Origin: an uncultured Dehalococcoides sp.
Lineage (GTDB): Bacteria > Chloroflexota > Dehalococcoidia > UBA2979
Reading direction: 5' to 3'
Length of the DNA stretch: 64,000 nucleotides
Assembly: GCA_964628985.1 (NCBI GenBank)
Contig: CAZVNJ010000011.1
Span: 2,672 to 66,671, forward strand
Part shown: positions 8,932 through 20,660 of the stretch, piece by piece
How the letters are laid out: each line of letters opens with the position of its first letter
Numbering within the stretch: position 1 is the first letter of the stretch
Notes under the pieces: generated by a model
What the model was told of the DNA's origin: nothing
Seen by the model: the letters and a program-made list of their open reading frames with translations, nothing else
The model's database searches: none
Position numbers and translations under genes: made by a program

Positions 8932-10274
8932 TGGCGACCCTCGCGATCCACAACGGCAGGGTCATCGACCCGGCGCTCGGCCGGGACGGCATCGCCGACG
9001 TCGTCATCGTGGACGGCCGTATCGCGCGTGTCGGCCCGAACGAGGGCGACATGGTGGTTGAGGCCGAGCGGATTGACGCGACGGGCCTCGTGGTCACGCC
9101 CGGCTTTGTGGACCTGCATACGCACCTGCGTGAGCCAGGGTTCGAGGGCAAGGAGACCATCCGCACGGGCACCCTTGCCGCGGCTCGCGGTGGCTACACC
9201 ACGGTCTGCGCGATGGCCAACACACGCCCCGCGATGGACAGCCGCGCGGCGATCGAGTCCCTGCTACGCGAGGCAGAGCGCTCCGGACTCATCCGTGTCC
9301 TTCCCATCGGATGCATCACTCGGGGGCGCGAGGGTGCAGAGCTCGCCCCCGCCGGTGAACTGGCCGGGGCTGGCGTGGTGGCGCTCTCTGACGATGGCGA
9401 CGCCGTTGCCGACCCCAGTCTGATGCGCCATGCCCTTGAGTACGCCACACGCTGGGGTCTCCCGGTCGCGCAGCACTGCGAGGACCCTCACTTGATCCGC
9501 GACGGCCAGATGCACGAAGGGTGGGTCGCCACCCGCCTCGGCCTGCGTGGCCGGCCCGCGAGCGCCGAGGAGACCTTTGTCGCACGAGACATCGCCCTCG
9601 CCGAGCTCACGGGCGGACATCTGCACATCTGCCACGTCTCCACTGCCGGCTCCGTGGCGCTCATCGCGGCCGCAAAGGCGCGAGGCGCGCGCGTCACCGC
9701 CGAGGTCACGCCCCACCATCTCACCCTCACACATGAAGAGGTGGCCTTCGGAGACGACTACCGGACGATCCACTACCGCACGAACGCGAAGGTGAACCCG
9801 CCCCTGCGCGAGGAGACTGACCTCGCCGCGCTACGTGCTGCGCTACGTTCGGGAGTCATCGACGCGGTGGCCACCGACCACGCCCCGCATGGACAGGGCG
9901 ACAAGGAGATCGAATTCGACCTCGCTGCGCCGGGGCTCACGATGCTCGAGACTTCCTACGGCCTCTGCATGAAGTTGGTGCACGACGGCGACATCGACTT
10001 GCCCACACTGATCGAACGGATGACCATCGGGCCGGTACGCGCCTGGGGCCTCGATGTCCGTGCCGGCTACGACGGCCTCGGCACGCTTGCCCCCGGCGGT
10101 CCCGGGGACGTGGCCATCCTCGATCCGGACGCGGACTGGATCGTCGATCCCTCCACCTTTGCGTCGAAGGGCAAGAACACGCCGCTGGCTGGACGGACAC
10201 TGCGCGGCATGGTGGTCGCCACGGTGTTCGGCGGCCGCCTGGTGCACGAGACGGGACGGGTGGTCGCCCTGTGA
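8931..10274 (+). CDS. pyrC: Dihydroorotase
   Basis: ATG 8931 overlaps the pyrB TGA and is in frame within ORF 8478-10274. Motifs PGFVDLHTHLREPG and ATDHAPH identify a metal-dependent amidohydrolase of the dihydroorotase type. Confidence 0.93.
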   Translation: MATLAIHNGRVIDPALGRDGIADVVIVDGRIARVGPNEGDMVVEAERIDATGLVVTPGFVDLHTHLREPGFEGKETIRTGTLAAARGGYTTVCAMANTRPAMDSRAAIESLLREAERSGLIRVLPIGCITRGREGAELAPAGELAGAGVVALSDDGDAVADPSLMRHALEYATRWGLPVAQHCEDPHLIRDGQMHEGWVATRLGLRGRPASAEETFVARDIALAELTGGHLHICHVSTAGSVALIAAAKARGARVTAEVTPHHLTLTHEEVAFGDDYRTIHYRTNAKVNPPLREETDLAALRAALRSGVIDAVATDHAPHGQGDKEIEFDLAAPGLTMLETSYGLCMKLVHDGDIDLPTLIERMTIGPVRAWGLDVRAGYDGLGTLAPGGPGDVAILDPDADWIVDPSTFASKGKNTPLAGRTLRGMVVATVFGGRLVHETGRVVAL

Positions 10275-11425
10275 GCCTGCTACGCACCTCGGATCGCCCT
10301 CGCGCGCTCCTCGTCCTCGCGGACGGGCGGGCCTTCGAGGGCGTCGGCGTCGGCGCGGACCGCCGTTCCACGGGCGAGGTGGTCTTCAACACGTCGATGT
10401 CTGGCTACCAGGAGGCTCTGACTGACCCCTCTTACCGCGGCCAGATCCTCACCGCCACCTTCCCGCTGCAGGGCAATTACGGCATCGATGAGGGCACGGA
10501 CGAGAGCCGCGAGGTGCAGGTGCGCGGCTTCGTCGTGCGCGAGATGACCGACCTCCCCTCACACTGGCACTCACGGTCGACGCTCCACCAGTACCTCGCC
10601 GACCGCGGGATCCCCGGCATCGCCGAGGTGGACACGCGCGCCCTCACCCGCCACCTCCGCTCCCGCGGCGTGGTGATGGGGACGATCACGCGTGACGAGA
10701 CCATCGAGGAGGCGCTCGCACGGCTGCACCGCGAGCCGGACTATGCGGGCGTCGACTACGTGGCCACCGTCTCCACAGACGCGCCGTACCAGTTCCGCGA
10801 CCCGCGGGTCATCCTGGACCTCCCGGAGGACGGGAATCCTCCGCCGCACGTCGTGGTGCTGGACCTCGGGGTCAAGCGCAACATCATGCGGCTGCTGCGC
10901 CAGCGCGGCGCGGCTGTGACCGCCGTCCCGCATACCTCGACGGCCGAGGACATCCTGGCGTTGCGGCCGGACGGGGTCCTCATCTCTCCCGGACCAGGTG
11001 ACCCGATGCTGCTAGATCACGTGGTGGCCACAGCTCGCGGGCTCGTCGGGCGGACGCCGGTGATGGGGATCTGCCTCGGCCACCAGGTCATTGGCAGGCT
11101 CTTCGGCGCGGACACCTACAAATTGAAGTTCGGGCATCGAGGCGCGAACCACCCGGTGCGCGACGAGGCCACCGGCCGGGTGTACATCACAGCGCAGAAC
11201 CACGGGTTCGCCGTGGATGGGGACGGGCTGACATCGGACGTGATGGCGAGCCAGGTGCACCTGAACGACGGCACGGTCGAGGGGCTCCAGCACCGCTCGG
11301 AGCCGGTCTTCACCATCCAGTACCACGCCGAAGCCTCGCCGGGGCCCAACGACACCGAGTTCCTGTTCGACAGGTTCATGTCATCCGTACGATCGGGTGA
11401 CGCCGTCCGACACGTCCGCTCGTAG
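10271..11425 (+). CDS. carA: Carbamoyl-phosphate synthase small (glutaminase) subunit
   Basis: GTG 10271 overlaps the pyrC stop. The class-I glutamine amidotransferase motif GICLGHQ is present, and the N-terminal CPSase small-chain region is recognisable. Confidence 0.95.
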   Translation: MSLLRTSDRPRALLVLADGRAFEGVGVGADRRSTGEVVFNTSMSGYQEALTDPSYRGQILTATFPLQGNYGIDEGTDESREVQVRGFVVREMTDLPSHWHSRSTLHQYLADRGIPGIAEVDTRALTRHLRSRGVVMGTITRDETIEEALARLHREPDYAGVDYVATVSTDAPYQFRDPRVILDLPEDGNPPPHVVVLDLGVKRNIMRLLRQRGAAVTAVPHTSTAEDILALRPDGVLISPGPGDPMLLDHVVATARGLVGRTPVMGICLGHQVIGRLFGADTYKLKFGHRGANHPVRDEATGRVYITAQNHGFAVDGDGLTSDVMASQVHLNDGTVEGLQHRSEPVFTIQYHAEASPGPNDTEFLFDRFMSSVRSGDAVRHVRS

Positions 11426-11451
11426 CGGCGTCGGTACGGGAGGAGGAGAGC

Positions 11452-11931
11452 ATGCCAGTCAACGTCCGTCAGGCCTCGCGGTCCGATGCCGCCGCGATCG
11501 CTGAGATCATCACTGAACTCCAGCGGGAGAAGGAGCCAGTCGGGTTCCAGGGCGCCTGGGACGAGGCCCGCGTGCTTCAGCAGATGGAGCGGCAGGGTGA
11601 CGCCGGCTCCTACTTCGTGGTGGAGGACACCGACCGTGGAGGCCGGATCCTCGGCTTCGCGGCGATCGACTTCAACTCCGAGGATCCGGACCAGGCCTCG
11701 TTCGGCGCGTGGATCCGCGAGGTAAACCGACGCCAGGGTCACGCCTCGCGACTGGCAGAGGAGTGCCTCGCGTTCGCCCGGACGCGCGGATATAAGCGCA
11801 TCCGTGCTCGGCTCCCAGAGAACAACGAGGCCGCCCTGTCCTATCTTTCCTCCATCGGCGCCCTCGTACCTCTCTTCAACCCGGGCACGACGTTTGAACT
11901 CCCGATCTACCAGGAGAACGACCGCTCATGA
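11452..11931 (+). CDS. GNAT family N-acetyltransferase
   Basis: 159-aa ORF with the acetyl-CoA-binding motif RRQGHASRL. The stop overlaps the next start (ATGA at 11928-11931). It sits between carA and carB. Confidence 0.8.
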   Translation: MPVNVRQASRSDAAAIAEIITELQREKEPVGFQGAWDEARVLQQMERQGDAGSYFVVEDTDRGGRILGFAAIDFNSEDPDQASFGAWIREVNRRQGHASRLAEECLAFARTRGYKRIRARLPENNEAALSYLSSIGALVPLFNPGTTFELPIYQENDRS

Positions 11932-12683
11932 CCACAGGCATCGATGTCGCAAGCGAGTATGCGGAGGCGCGCGAGCGCGACTGGTCCGACTTCACGGGGC
12001 GGCGCGACGGGTTGCCGGACTACTGGGGCCTCTGGGAGGGCCGGTCGTTCAACTGGAAGGTGCCGATCGAATACCTCCAGCCGGTCGGACTGGAGGCGCC
12101 CGCCACCTTCGAGGCGCTACAGCCGCTGCTCGAACGACTTGCCTCGATGGATGAGGTCGAGGTCGCGCCGATCCCGTGGCTACACATCACCTGGTGCCGC
12201 GTCGGCTTCCTGCGCGCGGCAGACATCATGTGGAGCCAGGTGGAGTCCTTCTATGCCTCCTCCAGCCCGCGTCTCCGTCGGATCCCACCCACGACTATCC
12301 GCCTGGGCGGGATCTCAGTCGGCGACGGGGAACGCATCTACCTCGGCGTCGATGACGGCGCAATGTACCGGGAGGCTCGGCGGCAGGCCCGTCTCGGCGT
12401 GCCGAAAGTGCACGAGGTAATGAAGGACGACCCGCTGGTCACCTCAGATGGGGACCGCTATATCCCGCAGATCGACCTCGCCTACTTCACCGGCCGCGGA
12501 TCTCGCGAGCGAGTCATCGAGGCGATCGAACCGTTCCGCGACATCGCCGTGGGGGACATTGCGCTCACCCACCTGAAGATGGCCCGGATGCCGATTCAGC
12601 CACACAGCCACTATGAGGAGATCGACGTCGTCGCCGAGATGCCGATGCTCGGTGCCGACCACCGCAAGGGGTACCACAACTGA
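11928..12683 (+). CDS. Hypothetical protein, 2H-phosphoesterase-like with degenerate second motif
   Basis: 251-aa ORF, translationally coupled to the GNAT gene. It carries PWLHITW (H86-x-T88) and later [10 protein letters not shown] (Q181-x-D183) where a second PHxTLA-type motif would be expected. No other recognisable family signature. Confidence 0.7.
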   Translation: MTTGIDVASEYAEARERDWSDFTGRRDGLPDYWGLWEGRSFNWKVPIEYLQPVGLEAPATFEALQPLLERLASMDEVEVAPIPWLHITWCRVGFLRAADIMWSQVESFYASSSPRLRRIPPTTIRLGGISVGDGERIYLGVDDGAMYREARRQARLGVPKVHEVMKDDPLVTSDGDRYIPQIDLAYFTGRGSRERVIEAIEPFRDIAVGDIALTHLKMARMPIQPHSHYEEIDVVAEMPMLGADHRKGYHN

Positions 12684-12709
12684 CCACCGCCTCTGACCTT
12701 GCCCCCGGC

Positions 12710-16005
<3,296 letters not shown>

Positions 16006-16006
<1 letters not shown>

Positions 16007-16674
16007 TGTCCGCCCGCAGCCCGGCGGTGCGCGCCGCGCTCTTCGATCTCGACGGGACGCTCGTGGACTCCCTCGACACCATCGCGGAGGCAACGGTCGA
16101 GGCATTCGCGAAGCATGGCCATCGAGTGACCGCGGAGCAGATCCTGCCGCGCATCGGCCCGCCGATGGAGGTAGTGGCCATCGAAGTGACAGGGGCCGCG
16201 CCCGACGAGGCGCAGGCGATGTATGCGACGTACCAGGACCTCTACTACACCGAGTACATCCAGCGGACACCGCCGCATGAAGGCGCGCACGCCCTCGTCG
16301 AGGCCTTGAGCGCCGCGGGCGTCGCGCTGGGTGTCGTCACGAACAAGAACGAGTACGGCGGACGCCTCATGGTCACCGTGCAGCAGTGGGAGGGCCGCTT
16401 CGCGGCCATCGTCGGCCGTGACACCGCCGCACACTCGAAGCCGCATCCTGACCCTGCCCTATTCGCCCTCGAGACACTCGGAGTGACGGCTGCCGAGGCG
16501 GCCTTCGTCGGAGACACTGAATTCGACATGAATTGCGGACGGGACGCCGGCATGGCCTACGTGATCGGCGTGACCGGCGCGCGCACCGCCGAGCACCTGC
16601 GGGCCGAAGGTGCCACGCATGTCGTGGACTCACTCGCCGAAGTCGGCGCGCTCCTCCTCGGAGGTGCCGCATGA
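16006..16674 (+). CDS. HAD-superfamily hydrolase (phosphoglycolate phosphatase / PpaX-like)
   Basis: GTG 16006 overlaps the carB TAG. HAD motif I is FDLDGTLVDS, with a later VGDTEFD motif. The stop overlaps the pyrK ATG (ATGA 16671-16674). Confidence 0.85.
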
Positions 16675-17450
16675 AGTCGTACACCGTGGAGGTCACGGAG
16701 TCGCTACGACTCTATGGCAATACGCATGTCCTCTGGCTCACCGAGCCCGATGCATTCTCGTCCGCCGCCCCGGGGCAGTTCGTGATGGCGTACTGCGGCG
16801 AGGGATGGGACCCGCTGCTGGGGCGCGCCCTCTCCATCCATCGGCGGCGGGTGAATGTGGACGGGCGGCGCGAGTTCGCGCTTCTCTTCGACCTGGTCGG
16901 ACGGGGGACGGAGTGGCTGGCGCGCCGGCGTGAGGGAGACGCCGTGCGCATCGTTGGCCCGCTCGGCCGTGGGTTCGAAGTGCGCGAGCGCGTACAGAAA
17001 ATGCTCCTCGTCGGCGGCGGGATCGGCTCAGCGCCGCTTGTCTGGTTCGCCGACGACCTCGTCCGGGACGGCCGCGAGGTCACGCTCGTCCTCGGTGGGC
17101 GCGGGGCGGCGCAGATCTTCCCTGCCCACCTGCTGCCCCCCGAGGTCGAACTCGTCGTCGCGACTGAAGACGGATCGCTGGGCGAGACCGGCCGTGTGAC
17201 GGTGCCGTTCCAGCGTCTCCTCCCCTGGTGCGACCAGGCGTTCGCCTGCGGGCCGGAGCCGATGTTCGAAGCGCTGTATCGAGTCGCCGCGGACTCCGGC
17301 CTGCGGAAACCGGTGCAGGGACTCCTGGAGGCTCGCATGGCGTGCGGCCTGGGAATTTGTTACTCGTGCGCCGTGTTCCCGAAACGCGGCGGCGTCCGGC
17401 TGGTATGCCATGACGGCCCGATGTTCGACCTGCGCGACCTCTACGGGTAG
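16671..17450 (+). CDS. pyrK: Dihydroorotate dehydrogenase (type 1B) electron-transfer subunit
   Basis: ATG 16671 is in frame in ORF 16533-17450. An FAD/NAD-binding ferredoxin-reductase-like body is followed by a C-terminal 2Fe-2S motif MACGLGICYSC...CHDGP. Confidence 0.9.
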   Translation: MKSYTVEVTESLRLYGNTHVLWLTEPDAFSSAAPGQFVMAYCGEGWDPLLGRALSIHRRRVNVDGRREFALLFDLVGRGTEWLARRREGDAVRIVGPLGRGFEVRERVQKMLLVGGGIGSAPLVWFADDLVRDGREVTLVLGGRGAAQIFPAHLLPPEVELVVATEDGSLGETGRVTVPFQRLLPWCDQAFACGPEPMFEALYRVAADSGLRKPVQGLLEARMACGLGICYSCAVFPKRGGVRLVCHDGPMFDLRDLYG

Positions 17451-17459
17451 CGTGGTCAG

Positions 17460-17696
17460 ATGAAGTCTCATCACCTCATCGTCGGTGCGGGCGCAATCCT
17501 CGGAGTGATCGTGGGCGCGTTGATCTGGCAGACGCAGCCGGCGTTCCTCGGGTGGGTCTTCGGCCTTGGACTGGGCCTGCTCGGTGGCGCGTTCACCGCG
17601 GCGATCTCGAGCGGGACGGCGCTGGGCGGCGGAGCGAAGCGCACACGACGGGAACGCGAGTGGCTGCTGCGCGGCGACGACGAGGACGAGCGGTAG
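17460..17696 (+). CDS. Small hypothetical membrane protein
   Basis: 78-aa ORF 10 nt after pyrK. It has two Gly/Ala-rich hydrophobic segments and a charged tail (RTRREREWLLRGDDEDER). No strong SD. Confidence 0.4.
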   Translation: MKSHHLIVGAGAILGVIVGALIWQTQPAFLGWVFGLGLGLLGGAFTAAISSGTALGGGAKRTRREREWLLRGDDEDER

Positions 17697-17715
17697 TGCT
17701 GAGCCTCGGTGGCTC

Positions 17716-18843
17716 CTACGAGACGAGCCACTCTGCGTGGCGGTCCAGCTGCAGGTAGCGGTCTGCCAGCGCACGCATCTCGAGGGACGTCGACCCGAGG
17801 AATGCGACGACCTCCACGTGCACACCATCCCCCTGCACGGACTCCACGGCGCGCGCGAAGTCTGCGTCACCGGAGACGATCGCGATGATGTCCACGCGCT
17901 CCGCGATGTGCACCATGTCGATCGCCATCTCGACGTCGAAGTTGCCCTTGATCGAGCCGTCCGCGAAGCGCTTCAGCGGCTTGGTAACGATGCGGTAGTC
18001 GTACGGCACGAACGGCGCGACGAATTTCTGCTGCTGCACCGGCTCACGTGGGTCGTCCGAGATGGGGCAGTACGCCGTCGCGCGCACCAGCTCGCGGCCC
18101 TCGCGCAACATGTCGAGCAGGCGCCCCATGTGGACCGTACGGCCATTCTCCACGCCGTACATGAGGTTGGGCACGTCTACGAAGACGGCAAGGCGCGGGC
18201 GATGGCCGCTCTTGTCCACCTGCTGCGCGAGGGTCAGCATTCCCGCTTTCAACTCAGCCAGGGTGACGCGCTGGGCCTCGACGAGGGCGCGCAGCCGCGC
18301 GATCTCCGTAGCGGTGCCGTCCGGGAGACCGGTCGACGGAATCGCCACCGGCGTGGGCATCGAGGGCTCAGCCACCGGGGGCACTGGCGTTTCGGCTGGC
18401 GTCTCGTCGGTACGGCGGCGGCGACGCGAGACGACCCGGGGGGCTGCCTCGGCAGGGGCCGCGGCGGCCTCAGCGGGGGCGGCGGTCTCGGACGCCTCGG
18501 CGGTCTCGGCGGCGCGTGTGCTCCGGCGACGCCGGACGGCGGGTGCCGTCTCGGCCGGCGCTGCTGTGGCGGTGGCCTCGGCGGGCGCCTCCGCGGCCGC
18601 GGCACGCGAGCGACGCGGTCGAGCGGGCCGTTCGGCCGTGTCTGGGTCTCCCGCCGGCTTACTGGCAGCGCGTCGTGGCTTGGCGGCTGGCTTCTCGGCA
18701 GCGGCCGGTTTCGCCGCAGGCTTGGCGGCCGCCGTGTCCGGGCGGCGGCGACCCGCGATCATCGACCCAGCGAGCGTCGAGCGCGTGCGCGAGGGCGTGC
18801 CTTCGTCGGCGGCGGCCAGCACCATCAACGTCTCGTGGCTCAT
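17716..18843 (-). CDS. NYN (LabA/DUF88-like, PIN-related) domain protein with long low-complexity N-terminus
   Basis: The C-terminal ~170 aa (LAVFVDVPNLMY...DVEMAIDM...IAIVSGDADFARAV...VEVVAF) match the NYN/LabA nuclease-like fold signature. The N-terminal ~170 aa are Ala/Pro/Arg/Glu/Thr low complexity, followed by a short coiled-coil-like segment. The start overlaps the mrp stop by 4 nt. Confidence 0.8.
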   Translation of the reverse strand: MSHETLMVLAAADEGTPSRTRSTLAGSMIAGRRRPDTAAAKPAAKPAAAEKPAAKPRRAASKPAGDPDTAERPARPRRSRAAAAEAPAEATATAAPAETAPAVRRRRSTRAAETAEASETAAPAEAAAAPAEAAPRVVSRRRRRTDETPAETPVPPVAEPSMPTPVAIPSTGLPDGTATEIARLRALVEAQRVTLAELKAGMLTLAQQVDKSGHRPRLAVFVDVPNLMYGVENGRTVHMGRLLDMLREGRELVRATAYCPISDDPREPVQQQKFVAPFVPYDYRIVTKPLKRFADGSIKGNFDVEMAIDMVHIAERVDIIAIVSGDADFARAVESVQGDGVHVEVVAFLGSTSLEMRALADRYLQLDRHAEWLVS

Positions 18844-19880
18844 CGGACACCTGCCTCACCGGCGAACTGAAGGACGGAACAACGGGCTGCCACCTGCTCT
18901 GCGAGGTGGACGAATGAGCGGGCGATCTCAGACTCCGGATGCCCGGCGACCACTGGGACGCCGGTGTCGCCGCCCTCGCGGATCCGCGCGTCAAGCGGCA
19001 ATTCGCCAAGAAACTCCAGGCCCAGGTCATCCGCCGCCTGGCGTGCACCGCCACGGCCGAAGATGTCGCTGCTCATGTTTTCCACGATGCCGAATACGGG
19101 GATCCCGAGACGGTCGAACATCGCAACCGCCTTCTGCGCGTCCTCGATCGACACTTTGGAGGGCGTGGAGACGATCACCGCACCGGCGATCAGCGCATCC
19201 TGCGCCATCGACATCGATGCGTCCGAGGTACCGGGCGGCAGGTCGATAATCAGGTAGTCGAGGTCCCCCCAGTCGACGTCATGCATCAACTGACGGACAC
19301 CGGTGCCGATCATCGGCCCGCGCCAGACGACGGGCGTCCCCTTCGGCAGCACGAACCCAATGGAGACGGCCTTGATCCCGAACGTCTCCACCGCCCGCAG
19401 CCCGTTCTGGCCGGAGGCTTGCAGCCCGCCTTCGATGCCAAGCATTGTCGGGATATTCGGGCCGGTAATGTCGGCGTCGAGGAGGCCGACGGTGGCGCCC
19501 AGGCGGGCGAGCGCGACGGCCAGGTTGACGGAGACACTGGACTTGCCGACGCCTCCCTTGTTGGAGGCCACAGCGATGACGTTGCGGACGCCCTCAATCT
19601 TCTTCGGGCCGTCCGGCCGGCTAGTGGTGCGGACCTCGGCGCCCCAGTCGATCTGGACATCGCTGACGCCAATGCCGCCCAGGGCATTGCGGACATCCCG
19701 GTCAATCGTCTCCCGCAGAGGACAGGCGGGCGTCGTCAGGACGACGGAGAACCGGACGGTGGAACCTTCGATGGAGAGGTCCCGGACCATATTCAGGGAA
19801 ACAATGTCGCGGTGGAGCTCCGGATCGTTCACGGTCCGGAGCGCCGCAAGTACGGCGTTCTGATCAGCCAAGTTGGCCAT
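18840..19880 (-). CDS. Mrp/NBP35/ApbC family Fe-S cluster carrier ATPase with N-terminal DUF59/MIP18-like domain
   Basis: Deviant Walker A SNKGGVGKS is present. The N-terminal VNDPELHRDIVSLNMVRDL...TTPACP is a DUF59-type domain. 346 aa. Confidence 0.92.
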   Translation of the reverse strand: MANLADQNAVLAALRTVNDPELHRDIVSLNMVRDLSIEGSTVRFSVVLTTPACPLRETIDRDVRNALGGIGVSDVQIDWGAEVRTTSRPDGPKKIEGVRNVIAVASNKGGVGKSSVSVNLAVALARLGATVGLLDADITGPNIPTMLGIEGGLQASGQNGLRAVETFGIKAVSIGFVLPKGTPVVWRGPMIGTGVRQLMHDVDWGDLDYLIIDLPPGTSDASMSMAQDALIAGAVIVSTPSKVSIEDAQKAVAMFDRLGIPVFGIVENMSSDIFGRGGARQAADDLGLEFLGELPLDARIREGGDTGVPVVAGHPESEIARSFVHLAEQVAARCSVLQFAGEAGVR

Positions 19881-20094
19881 TCCTTACGGGTGGGAGGGGA
19901 CGGATCCACGCGCCACTGAGGCGCGAAGGGAACCTTGCCCGGCTCGCCAGCGTTCTGCCTGTACCACCGGTCAGCGGGAGGTGGAGTCACCTCACCGGGC
20001 CGAAACGGGGTTGTCTGGAGTATAGGCCGGTGTCCGTCTACGGGCCCGCCGGATTCCGGGAGTCCTGATTGGTGCCAGATCGCCCTTCACGGCG

Positions 20095-20161
20095 AATTGA
20101 CGCACTTTTACACTTTTTTAGCACAAAAAGGTTTGACCGTTGGTGGGCCCCGTCGCATGAT
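20095..20161 (+). promoter_or_regulatory. A+T-rich island with candidate sigma70-type promoter elements
   Basis: This is the only markedly A+T-rich stretch in a 380-nt divergent intergenic region (AATTGACGCACTTTTACACTTTTTTAGCACAAAAAGGTTTGACC). TTGACC (20133-20138) is followed after 17 nt by CATGAT (20156-20161). A second TTGACG sits at 20097-20102, with a CACTTTTA/CACTTTTTTA direct repeat. Confidence 0.3.
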
Positions 20162-20259
20162 CCACACCTAGCCGGTACGGCCCGGTTGGAGGCGGGAAGC
20201 CCGCCAACTCCGATGACGGCGACGCTGGCTACGGTCGCCGGCGAAAGTGAGAGAGCCCC

Positions 20260-20541
20260 ATGCCTCGTGCAGCAAGCACCAAGCAGCAACCCGCCCCCGC
20301 CCCGGCGCCCCAGGCCGAGACGGTGTCCGGCGGCCCCAAGTGCGTCCACCACTGGGCGATCGAAACCCCCAACGGCCGCGAGAGCGAAGGCGTCTGCAAG
20401 CGCTGTGGCACTCGTCGCTCGTTCTCCAACTCGAACGACTCCGTGATGTGGGAGCAGACGAACACCCTCCGCAACGACCTGAACCGTGGCGGATGGCGCT
20501 CGTCCAAGTTGAATGAAGTCGCCCTGGCTGACGAGGCGTAA
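20260..20541 (+). CDS. Small hypothetical protein with Cys/His (zinc-ribbon-like) motif
   Basis: 93-aa ORF with a Pro/Ala-rich N-terminus, then C28-x-H-H-W...C46-K-R-C49-G. It has its own upstream A+T-rich promoter-like region and its own downstream hairpin terminator. Confidence 0.55.
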   Translation: MPRAASTKQQPAPAPAPQAETVSGGPKCVHHWAIETPNGRESEGVCKRCGTRRSFSNSNDSVMWEQTNTLRNDLNRGGWRSSKLNEVALADEA

Positions 20542-20565
20542 GCCCGCAGCCGCGGTGTCGTGACA

Positions 20566-20592
20566 GGGGCGCCCGGCGGGCGCCCCTCTTTG
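20566..20592 (+). terminator. Hairpin terminator after the small Cys/His ORF
   Basis: GGGGCGCCC (20566-20574) and GGGCGCCCC (20578-20586) form a perfect 9-bp G+C stem, followed by UCUUUG. Confidence 0.5.
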
Positions 20593-20660
20593 CGCCGTGT
20601 GCGAGGCGTTCCGGCACGCGACGGTATGATGCTGGTACCGCCCACCGAAGGGACCAGCAG

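Noticed and set aside
17566-19919. Plus-strand ORFs 17566-18870, 18062-19249 and 18939-19919 opposite the NYN and mrp genes.
   Set aside because: They are antisense to genes with a Walker A motif and NYN signatures. Their composition is dominated by Arg, Gly, Ala and Pro.
19935-20060. Superficial riboswitch or T-box resemblances. On the minus strand GGUGGUACAGGC resembles the T-box core GGUGGUACCGCG. On the plus strand GGGAGG...CUCACCGGGCCGAAACGGGG...CUGGAG faintly recalls glycine-riboswitch elements.
   Set aside because: Only short partial matches were found. The element order and spacing are wrong. There is no terminator or antiterminator alternative. The flanking genes (mrp and a small Cys/His protein) are not expected targets. 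The region is kept only as a generic structured-region finding.
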